A DNA stretch of 13,833 nt from Vibrio cholerae ATCC 14035 (GTDB lineage: Bacteria > Pseudomonadota > Gammaproteobacteria > Enterobacterales > Vibrionaceae). Positions within the stretch are counted from its first letter, which is position 1. Each line of letters starts with the position of its first letter. The translations under genes were made by a program, and so were the position numbers. The notes below the pieces were generated by a model, which had not been told where the DNA came from, did no database searches, and worked only from the letters and a program-made list of their open reading frames with translations. This document shows, in pieces, positions 1 through 6,306 of the stretch. The DNA lies in assembly GCF_000621645.1 (NCBI RefSeq), contig NZ_JHXR01000039.1:1-13833 (forward strand), written 5' to 3'.

Positions 1-272
1 CGTCTTGGCTTCAAAGATAACGTGGTTAAAGTGACAACATACGCCATTTTACTGTCAGCAGCGACTTGGGCTTTTGTACCTGAGTTTGGTTTTTTGCTCT
101 CCTAATTGCTCTGATTTTGGCTTTGATTTCGATGAGAAAGTATGAGTTGAAAGTAGAGTTTAAAGGTACAGATGAAACGGGTGATTACTGGGTATCAATA
201 GCTCGTTGTTGGACGGAAGATGAATTTCATATTCTAGAGAATATTTATACTGAACTGAAAAGCAGAATCTAG
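1..272 (+). pseudogene. Left-edge cassette ORF, apparently frameshifted: small 2-TM membrane protein with a soluble C-terminal tail
   Basis: Frame 1 is open from base 1 to TAA 103-105 (..VTTYAILLSAATWAFVPEFGFLLS*). Frame 3 continues from ~84 to TAG 270-272 (VWFFALLIALILALISMRKYELKVEFKGTDETGDYWVSIARCWTEDEFHILENIYTELKSRI*). The frames overlap at a T6 run (90-95), and one extra T would fuse them into one hydrophobic-then-soluble protein. Alternatively only the ATG-132 46-aa ORF is real. Confidence 0.3.
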
Positions 273-279
273 CACAGAG

Positions 280-303
280 GCTCGTCAATTTTGGCGAGCT
301 TTT
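280..303 (+). terminator. Candidate intrinsic terminator at the end of the left-edge cassette
   Basis: GCTCGTC (280-286), loop AATTTT, GGCGAGC (293-299): 7-bp stem with one G.U pair, followed by TTTT (300-303). It sits just after the TAG at 270-272. Confidence 0.4.
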
Positions 304-319
304 GAGTTTATGGTCCCGC

Positions 320-447
320 ACCTAACAAACGCCTCAAGAAGGACTGTCAACGCGTGGCGTTTCCAGTCCCATTGAGCCGCGGTGGTTTCGGTTGTTGTGT
401 TTGAGTTTAGTGGTGTGCGTTGTCATCCCCTTAGGCGGGCGTTAGGT
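320..447 (+). repeat. attC site 1 (VCR family)
   Basis: R'' ACCTAAC at 320-326, canonical VCR body, R' GTTAGGT at 441-447. Length is ~125 bp. Confidence 0.93.
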
Positions 448-479
448 GAATGGTAAGTGGATTGAACAAGGACAGTGTT

Positions 480-875
480 ATGAAATGTTTTTTAGCTTTT
501 TGGCTCGTTTTCGTCAGCTTTTTTTCGGTCGGCTTGCATGCCAATGACGCCGTTTTACAACAAGCTTATCAATCGCAACAAAGTGATTTACAGGTTCAAG
601 GATTCGGACAGGTAGTGAAAGTGTTACCTGACGACAATGATGGTTCAAAGCATCAAAAATTCATCTTAAAGCTCAATAGCGGACAAACATTGCTGGTTGC
701 TCATAACATCGACTTAGCACCGAGAATTCCAAACTTAAAAGTTGGCGACAGTGTTGAGTTTTATGGTGAATACGAATGGAACAAAAAAGGTGGAGTTCTT
801 CACTGGACTCATAAAGATCCTCAAAATCGTCATGCTCATGGTTGGTTGAAACACAATGGGCAGGTGTACGAGTAA
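480..875 (+). CDS. DUF3465-like secreted protein
   Basis: ORF 450..875. The likely true start is ATG 480 (AAGGA 8 nt upstream), giving signal peptide MKCFLAFWLVFVSFFSVGLHA. The C-terminal part (KVLPDDNDGSKHQKFILKLNSGQTLLVAHNIDLAPRI..VGDSVEFYGEYEWNKKGGVLHWTHKDP..HGWLKHNG) matches my memory of the DUF3465 family. The ATG at 450 lies right at the attC R' edge. Confidence 0.8.
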   Translation: MKCFLAFWLVFVSFFSVGLHANDAVLQQAYQSQQSDLQVQGFGQVVKVLPDDNDGSKHQKFILKLNSGQTLLVAHNIDLAPRIPNLKVGDSVEFYGEYEWNKKGGVLHWTHKDPQNRHAHGWLKHNGQVYE

Positions 876-879
876 ATTC

Positions 880-1008
880 ACCTAACAAACGCCTCAAGAG
901 GGACTGTCAACGCGCGGCGTTTCCAGTCCCATTGAGCCGCGGTGGTTTCGGTTGTTGTGTTTGAGTTTAGTGGTAATGCGTTGCCAGCCCCTTAGGCGGG
1001 CGTTAGGT
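880..1008 (+). repeat. attC site 2 (VCR family)
   Basis: ACCTAAC 880-886 ... GTTAGGT 1002-1008, with full VCR consensus. Confidence 0.93.
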
Positions 1009-1025
1009 TTACTGAGTGAAGTCTG

Positions 1026-1556
1026 ATGGAAAAGAGAAGAAGACAAAAATATAGCTTGTTAGAACCAATAGTTATTCAGTCTGGCAACCAATATCAAAAT
1101 GCTGCATCGGTGCTTGCAAGCACCGATGGAAATCTGTGGGTAGCGTGTATCAATGCATCGTTGGCTATAGAGATTTATTTAAAATCATTTTTGATTACAG
1201 AACATCAAGTGCAAGGGTACTCAAGATTTATGGGAACCGTTCATAAATCACATGACCTAGCAAAATTATTTAAGAAACTACATCCTCAAAAACAATCGGT
1301 ACTTTTAGAGGCAGTCAAACATGTTGCTCCAGGCATCGATCTAGTTGCTGAACTGACTAAATACCGAAATGTCTTTACGAATGCTAGGTATACTTTTGAA
1401 CCAAATAATGTTCCATCTATGGGTTCTGACCTAATAAATTTAGCTAGTGTTTTAAGACGTGCGGTTATCCATATCATAAATGTTCATTATCCAGTGATTA
1501 AACCCATAGGTCTTGAAAAAGCGGTCAATGAGATACTTTCGACACGGCAAACATAA
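1026..1556 (+). CDS. Hypothetical protein, HEPN-like all-helical domain (tentative)
   Basis: 176-aa ORF filling the cassette. The pattern ASLAIEIYLKSFL ... KSHDLAKLFKKL ... LTKYRNVFTNARYTFE resembles classic HEPN spacing (AxE..LK / HDL..L / R..ARY). An RRAVIH (Rx4H-like) string lies near the C-terminus. The TAA stop (1554-1556) lies inside the attC R'' box. Confidence 0.7.
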   Translation: MEKRRRQKYSLLEPIVIQSGNQYQNAASVLASTDGNLWVACINASLAIEIYLKSFLITEHQVQGYSRFMGTVHKSHDLAKLFKKLHPQKQSVLLEAVKHVAPGIDLVAELTKYRNVFTNARYTFEPNNVPSMGSDLINLASVLRRAVIHIINVHYPVIKPIGLEKAVNEILSTRQT

Positions 1557-1679
1557 CAAACGCCTCAAGAGGGACTGTCAACGCGTAGCGTTTCCAGTCC
1601 CAATGAGCCGCGGTGGTTTTGGTTGTTGTGTTTGGGTTTAGTGGTAATGCGTTGCCAGCCCCTTAGGCGGGCGTTAGGC
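1551..1679 (+). repeat. attC site 3 (VCR family)
   Basis: ACATAAC 1551-1557 ... GTTAGGC 1673-1679, VCR consensus. Confidence 0.93.
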
Positions 1680-1693
1680 TAAAGGAAGTAGCA

Positions 1694-2194
1694 ATGAAAA
1701 ATATTAAATACATTTTATTTATTTGTGTTGTAGCGTACATGCCATTTGTAAGTGCTAATTTATCGCATTTGGATAAAAGCATAAGTCTCCTTAATACATT
1801 AAATTATCCTGCAATATTTAAAAATACATTACTTAAAGAGTGTGATAAGGGGCTCCCACAGTTCGCTTCACTAAAAATTTGTAAACAATCGGAAACACTA
1901 TCGGACGAAATGATAGTCAGGATTGCTGCTAAACACTTCATTTCATATGTATCTGAGAGTGATACCGATAAATTAATTGCTTTTTGGGGTGGAAGTGACG
2001 GTGTCCGAATTTCAAATGGATTAGTCCTCTGGCAGCAAACTGGCAGACTAGATGTATTGACAGATACTGATTTGTATATTTTAGACAAATTTAACCAAAC
2101 AGCAGAAAATAAAGCATCTATGGCATTTGCCGACAATGTTAATGTAAGTGTGCAAATAATCTTAGAAATCGAAGAAATTCTAAGCAGTCAATAG
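1694..2194 (+). CDS. Secreted hypothetical protein
   Basis: 166-aa ORF with AAGGAAG RBS upstream and N-terminal signal peptide MKNIKYILFICVVAYMPFVSA. IAAKHFISYVSESDTDKLIAFWGG weakly resembles DUF2059-type proteins (unverified). Confidence 0.7.
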   Translation: MKNIKYILFICVVAYMPFVSANLSHLDKSISLLNTLNYPAIFKNTLLKECDKGLPQFASLKICKQSETLSDEMIVRIAAKHFISYVSESDTDKLIAFWGGSDGVRISNGLVLWQQTGRLDVLTDTDLYILDKFNQTAENKASMAFADNVNVSVQIILEIEEILSSQ

Positions 2195-2320
2195 CCTAAC
2201 AAAGCGTTAAAGCGGGACTTGGCACGCGTGGCATTTTCAGTTTGCGGTAAGTTTAGTGGTTAAGGTGTAATGCGGTCACTTTTGTATTACGTGCCTGCGC
2301 CCCTTAACGCGGCGTTAGGT
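2194..2320 (+). repeat. attC site 4, non-VCR variant class
   Basis: GCCTAACAAAGCGTTAAAGCGGGACTTGGCACGCGTGGCA...GCGCCCCTTAACGCGGCGTTAGGT. It has the same R''/L''-L'/R' architecture as VCR with a different stem and central sequence. It is near-identical to the site at 6924-7050. Confidence 0.88.
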
Positions 2321-2349
2321 TGCTCAACGAAAAGGTGAATTCTGTGAAA

Positions 2350-2748
2350 ATGTTAACCTTTAAAAATGTTTCACGAATGCTTATGAGTTTGGTTTTGGTG
2401 GGTGCGTCACCGCAAGTTTATGCAAAGTTAACACTGGATGAATTTTGCAAAATGCGATACGACTTAGCTTTTGCGTCTATAAGCGATAGAATGGATCCAT
2501 CTGCATCTTTACCAGAACTATTAAAAAATTTTAACATCCTTGTAGAGGAAGCAAAAACGAAGCAAACTTATAATAAAAAAATCTTCAAAAACATTACTTA
2601 TGGTGACTATATGGAATGGGGGAAAACGGTCATCTTAGAGGCTTACGAAGAGTCAGTTTTATATAGTGATGGGTTTAATGACCGCACAATCAAAAGATTC
2701 TCAGAAAGAGCAATGGTAGATTGTTATAGAAATAATGGCGAACTTTAA
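2350..2748 (+). CDS. Small secreted hypothetical protein
   Basis: ORF 2320..2748. The likely start is ATG 2350 or GTG 2344 (AAGGTG 2331-2336), giving signal peptide MLTFKNVSRMLMSLVLVGASPQVYA. The TTG at 2320 lies within the attC R' and is unlikely to be used. Confidence 0.65.
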   Translation: MLTFKNVSRMLMSLVLVGASPQVYAKLTLDEFCKMRYDLAFASISDRMDPSASLPELLKNFNILVEEAKTKQTYNKKIFKNITYGDYMEWGKTVILEAYEESVLYSDGFNDRTIKRFSERAMVDCYRNNGEL

Positions 2749-2777
2749 ACAATTTTGTTGTCATTCGTAGAGTAAAT

Positions 2778-2820
2778 TCAAAGGAACAACACCTATCACA
2801 TGAAACCCTTGTTCCTTTGA
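2778..2820. terminator. Perfect 12-bp inverted repeat between convergent genes (possible bidirectional terminator)
   Basis: TCAAAGGAACAA (2778-2789) and TTGTTCCTTTGA (2809-2820) with a 19-nt loop. It lies between the stops at 2748 (+) and 2848 (-). There is no strong U-tract. Confidence 0.35.
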
Positions 2821-2847
2821 TAATGATTCTCAATAATCGCTCTGTAA

Positions 2848-3312
2848 TCAATTTTGAGCGTTTTTATTAATTTGTGGCTTGTTAGTTATGGCATATCGTC
2901 TTGGGCTTGTTTTTGAGCCTAAATAGGCGGCTAAATTGGCAAGCCTTTGCTTTGATACTGTATCTGTATATTTTTCTCGGTCAAATGGACGTTGTACTGT
3001 TCTAACTTGGTTCTCACAAGTGTATTTTGCGAGCACTTTGTTAAGCAATTTCAAATCAAGTTCGGCAGTGGTGAGAATTTGAATGTAACCGACCACACCA
3101 TAGTTAGGCTGATGTTTTAATCTCAGCATCCAAATCATATTGATACTTTTGAATGCAGCACTGACAGGTTTTTTAATCTTCTGCATCAAATCATTGAACT
3201 CAATGGCTTCATCAAAGTTGTTATAAAATATCGCTGTCTGATGTGTTGGCTTAATATCTTTGATGTTATTTATGAGCTTACGTTTGGTTTTATTATGTGC
3301 TGATTCTGTCAT
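2848..3312 (-). CDS. Hypothetical protein, reverse-oriented within an integron cassette
   Basis: 154-aa ORF on the minus strand with GGAG 9 nt upstream of the ATG. The termini are basic (KTKRKL.. and ..SPRRYAITNKPQINK). I recognise no family. It has ~200 bp of its own AT-rich upstream region before the attC. Confidence 0.65.
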   Translation of the reverse strand: MTESAHNKTKRKLINNIKDIKPTHQTAIFYNNFDEAIEFNDLMQKIKKPVSAAFKSINMIWMLRLKHQPNYGVVGYIQILTTAELDLKLLNKVLAKYTCENQVRTVQRPFDREKYTDTVSKQRLANLAAYLGSKTSPRRYAITNKPQINKNAQN

Positions 3313-3426
3313 AGTTTATACTCCAATAATCATATATCTCTATATCCTTATAACTTCACTTCAATATGTGAGGCTTATCGTGTGATTAATGGTGCATAAG
3401 TTGTTGATTTACAGCTATTATGCAAC

Positions 3427-3491
3427 TGTGATTTTGGTCGAGCAAAGGACTGAGAATCACGAAAATCGGATAGTAGTGCGGTGAGAATCAC
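3427..3491 (-). promoter_or_regulatory. Repeated motif cluster upstream of the reverse 154-aa gene (possible operator)
   Basis: Exact direct repeat TGAGAATCAC at 3451-3460 and 3482-3491 (31-bp spacing). The inverted partner TGTGATT occurs at 3381-3387 and 3427-3433 (the GTGATT/AATCAC cores are reverse complements). Confidence 0.25.
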
Positions 3492-3510
3492 ACTAAAACT
3501 TAGACACTGC

Positions 3511-3634
3511 ACCTAACAAACAGCTCAAGTGGACTGCCAACACGTGGCGTCTTCGGTACGGTTAGCATCAGTGATTACGGTTGTTAATGTTGAGTGTGGC
3601 TGTGTGTTGTCAGCCCCTTAGCTGGGCGTTAGGA
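3511..3634 (+). repeat. attC site 5 (divergent VCR)
   Basis: ACCTAACAAACAGCTCAAGTGGACTGCCAACACGTGGCG...CAGCCCCTTAGCTGGGCGTTAGGA. The stem change CGCCT>CAGCT is matched by AGGCG>AGCTG on the other arm. Confidence 0.88.
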
Positions 3635-3694
3635 TTTACTCAAGTTGACAGAAGCAGAAAGCTATAGATTTCAGATTTCTGCCTCATTTTTAAA

Positions 3695-4681
3695 CTACCT
3701 TTTACTTAACTGATCGAATATTCCGCCTTGCGAAAAATGTTTCTTATGGGCTTCATCCCATCCAGAAAACTTATCTATAGTAAATAAGTTTAGTTCTGGA
3801 AACTGCTTGGAATATTTAATGGCTATGTTTTTATCCCGAGGTCTATAAAAGTTTTTGGCTGCAATTTCCTGTCCTACAGGAGAATAAAGATACTCAAGAT
3901 ATGCTTCAGCCATAGCGCGAGTTCCTTTTTTATCAACGACTTTATCTACTATCGATACTGTTGGTTCCGCTAATATCGACGTGCTCGGAATTATTATTTC
4001 TACATTGTGATTTTCGATCTTATTAATAGCCAATAACGCTTCATTTTCCCATGTAATCAGAACATCACCAATTTCTCGTTCAATAAAGGTATTTGATGAA
4101 CCTCTAGCACCAGTATCTAGGACTTTAACATTGCTATAGATTGATTTTACAAATTGTTGGGCATAGACTTCGTCGTTATTACTTTTTGTCAGTGCGTAGC
4201 CCAAAGCTGCTAGGTAATTCCAACGAGCTCCTCCAGAAGTTTTCGGATTTGGTGTGATGACTTCAATATTCTCTCTGGTTAAATCATCCCAATCTTGAAT
4301 GTTTTTTGGGTTGCCCTTACGGACAAGAAAAACAATAGTGGATGTGTATGGAGCCGAATTATGTGGTAGCCGAGATTGCCAGTCCTTTGCTATTTTTCCT
4401 GAGCTAGCGATTGCATCAATATCTTGAGCCAATGCCAAAGTTACCACATCAGATTCAATACCATTAATAACTGTAATTGCCTGTTTACCAGAGCCTCCAT
4501 GAGATTGATTTATCTTGATGTGTTGTTTTTTTTGGCTTGCCCAATATGTAGTAAATGCCTGATTATACTCTTGGTATAGCTCACGAGTAGGATCGTATGA
4601 GACATTGAGTAAAGTGGAATCGTTTGCTAGGGCTGTGCTTCCGAAAGTGAGCACTGTTAAAACTAAAAGTAATTTCTGCAT
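3695..4681 (-). CDS. sbp: Periplasmic sulfate/thiosulfate-binding protein (Sbp/CysP family), orphan and reverse-oriented
   Basis: The 328-aa ORF has signal peptide MQKLLLVLTVLTFGSTALA. Long collinear matches to E. coli Sbp as I recall it include LLNVSYDPTRELY, QSHGGSGKQA..VINGIE.DVVTLAL, NSAPYTSTIVFLVRKGNPK, ITPNPK.SGGARWNYLAA.GYAL, LD.GARGS.NTF.ER.IGDVLI.WENEALLA, ILAEPTVS.VDKVV.KKGT and YLYSP.GQEIAAKN.YRPRD. AAGGA RBS is present. Confidence 0.9.
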   Translation of the reverse strand: MQKLLLVLTVLTFGSTALANDSTLLNVSYDPTRELYQEYNQAFTTYWASQKKQHIKINQSHGGSGKQAITVINGIESDVVTLALAQDIDAIASSGKIAKDWQSRLPHNSAPYTSTIVFLVRKGNPKNIQDWDDLTRENIEVITPNPKTSGGARWNYLAALGYALTKSNNDEVYAQQFVKSIYSNVKVLDTGARGSSNTFIEREIGDVLITWENEALLAINKIENHNVEIIIPSTSILAEPTVSIVDKVVDKKGTRAMAEAYLEYLYSPVGQEIAAKNFYRPRDKNIAIKYSKQFPELNLFTIDKFSGWDEAHKKHFSQGGIFDQLSKR

Positions 4682-4691
4682 CTTAATATCC

Positions 4692-4733
4692 TTATGTGCG
4701 TTGGGTTCACATAAATTAGCATGGTGCTTATGT
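4692..4733 (-). promoter_or_regulatory. Triple half-site / alternative-hairpin element in the sbp leader
   Basis: On the + strand: TTATGTG (4692-4698), CACATAA (4708-4714), TTATGT (4728-4733). On the mRNA, UUAUGUG can pair with either the upstream ACAUAA or the downstream CACAUAA, and the latter abuts the AAGGA Shine-Dalgarno. Confidence 0.3.
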
Positions 4734-4789
4734 ATTAATTACTTATTTTATCTGATTTCATATTCACTTTGGTTATATTGATGCCGTAA

Positions 4790-4917
4790 ACCTAACAAAC
4801 GCCTCAAGAGGGACTGTCAACGCGTGGCGTTTCCAGTCCCATTGAGCCGTGGTGGTTTCGGTTGTTGTGTTTGAGTTTAGTGTTATGCGTTGTCAGCCCC
4901 TTAGGCGGGCGTTATGT
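4790..4917 (+). repeat. attC site 6 (VCR family)
   Basis: ACCTAAC 4790-4796 ... GTTATGT 4911-4917. Confidence 0.93.
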
Positions 4918-4931
4918 GCATGGAGGCAGTA

Positions 4932-5510
4932 ATGAACATTGGTATCTATATTTACGATGAGGCCGAAGTTCTCGACTTTTCAGGACCTTTCGAAGTTTTC
5001 AGTACAGCTAAACGATTAGGTGCTGGAAGTTGGAATGTATTTTTAGTCTCAGAAACCTTGGAACCAGTGAAAGCCAGAGGTGGTTTTACTGTTTTACCCG
5101 ACTATTCGTTTCAGAATTACCCTCAAATTGACCTATTAATCGTTGTTGGCGGTGTCCATAGGAACGAAATGAATAAGTCCAATGTGCTTCATTGGGTTGC
5201 ATCAGTGGATAAGCATGCTAAACATATTGCATCAGTTTGTACCGGAGCATTCATATTAGCTAATGCCGGTTTGCTGAAAGGACTTGCTGTTACGACTCAC
5301 TGGGAGGATATTCCTGAGCTGAAACAACGGTTTCCTGACTTAGTCGTTGTGGAAGATAAACGTTGGATAACAGCAAGCAAGTACACAACGTCGGGTGGTA
5401 TATCTGCGGGCATTGATATGAGTTTGTTCTTGGTATCAAAGTTTCATAGTCAAAGCCATGCTGAATTGGTTGCTCATCAAATGGAGTACAACTGGCAAAA
5501 ATGCACATAA
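4932..5510 (+). CDS. DJ-1/PfpI family protein (class I glutamine amidotransferase-like fold)
   Basis: ORF 4914..5510. The preferred start is ATG 4932 (GGAGG 4921-4925), giving MNIGIYIYDEAEVLDFSGPFEVF. A nucleophile-elbow motif IASVCTGAFILANAGLL and ..TSGGISAGIDMSL are present. The ATG at 4914 belongs to the attC R' box. The TAA stop 5508-5510 lies in the next attC R''. Confidence 0.85.
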   Translation: MNIGIYIYDEAEVLDFSGPFEVFSTAKRLGAGSWNVFLVSETLEPVKARGGFTVLPDYSFQNYPQIDLLIVVGGVHRNEMNKSNVLHWVASVDKHAKHIASVCTGAFILANAGLLKGLAVTTHWEDIPELKQRFPDLVVVEDKRWITASKYTTSGGISAGIDMSLFLVSKFHSQSHAELVAHQMEYNWQKCT

Positions 5511-5632
5511 CAAACGCCTCAATAGGGACTGTCAACGCGTGGCGTTTCCAGTCCCATTGAGCCGCGGTGGTTACGGTTGTTGTGATTGAGTTTAGTGGTA
5601 TGCGTTGTCAGCCCCTTAGGCGGGCGTTAGCT
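5505..5632 (+). repeat. attC site 7 (VCR family)
   Basis: ACATAAC 5505-5511 ... GTTAGCT 5626-5632. Confidence 0.93.
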
Positions 5633-6037
5633 TCTTAAAGGCTAAAATCATCAAAATCCAAACTTCTTGTTCTGAAAAATCAGCTTTTAGTGTTCAAATT
5701 GCACAATTTGGCATTTGAATTTTGCTAGATGCTGATTTGGTAGAAAGTGTTGGAAGTTCCGCAGTTTCAAAGCCGCTGAAAGCCAACAAGTCTCGATGCT
5801 TCAAAGTCGTTGAATGTTCAATTCGGTCAACTTGGTTTCACAAAAAGCAACATCGTCGCTGAAATCGTGCTTCTTTGTCGGAAATGCAGTAAATGGCCAA
5901 CTTAACCTTGAACGCTGCAAGTTTTGGCAGCTCACTTCACAGCTTTTGGCGTTGGACGTGTGTTTGAGTGATGCTTCTGCGTAAAATGGCTTTCACGAAA
6001 ATGTGTTTAAAAATCATTGTTAAACAATAGGCTACGA
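5633..6037 (+). repeat. ORF-less cassette, copy A of a paralogous pair (candidate ncRNA/regulatory cassette)
   Basis: ~405 bp between attC 7 and 8 with no ORF of 60 aa or more on either strand. It is collinear with 10342..10748. It contains a nested inverted repeat: AAATCAGC (5677-5684) / GCTGATTT (5731-5738) enclosing TTCAAAT...ATTTGAA and CAAATTG-CA-CAATTTG. Confidence 0.7.
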
Positions 6038-6166
6038 AGCTAACAAACGCCTCAAGAGGGACTGTCAACGCGTGGCGTTTCCAGTCCCATTGAGCCGCGG
6101 TGGTTACGGTTGTTGTGTTTGAGTTTAGTGGTAATGCGTTTCCAGCCCCTTAGGCGGGCGTTAGGC
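6038..6166 (+). repeat. attC site 8 (VCR family)
   Basis: AGCTAAC 6038-6044 ... GTTAGGC 6160-6166. Confidence 0.93.
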
Positions 6167-6178
6167 ACAATCCGTTGT

Positions 6179-6207
6179 TTGACATAAGTTATAAATTTTT
6201 AGAGAAT
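6179..6207 (+). promoter_or_regulatory. Candidate sigma70 promoter internal to the cassette
   Basis: TTGACA (6179-6184), 17-nt spacer, GAGAAT (6202-6207). It lies ~100 nt upstream of the ATG at 6307. Confidence 0.35.
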
Positions 6208-6306
6208 GGAGACGGCTGCGCGGTTCAGAGCCGCTGACATGTAAATGACAGTGATAAAATTCTACTGACCAAAAGGTAGAAGCCTGAACTCTAGCCCCAA
6301 ATTACA

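Noticed and set aside
450-479. N-terminal extensions of ORFs at 450, 2320, 4914, 8072 and 10874 given in the six-frame track
   Set aside because: These starts fall in or directly on attC R' sequence or lack an RBS. Downstream starts with SD-like sequences give canonical signal peptides or family-typical N-termini.
673-897. Antisense or overlapping ORFs inside stronger genes: 673-897(-), 1286-1477(-), 1804-2136(-), 5290-5535(-), 7334-7519(-), 7381-7587(+), 12291-12506(-), 12783-12983(-)
   Set aside because: Each lies entirely or largely within a longer ORF with recognisable protein features, or runs into an attC. They have low-complexity or odd composition and no RBS, so I treat them as shadow ORFs.
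2778-2820. The inverted repeat between convergent genes as a possible short degenerate attC that would split the 1.3-kb cassette in two
   Set aside because: The flanks are GAACAAC/GTTCCTT, not RYYYAAC/GTTRRRY. The stem is perfect with no extrahelical bases or unpaired central asymmetry. A plain hairpin or terminator explains it better.
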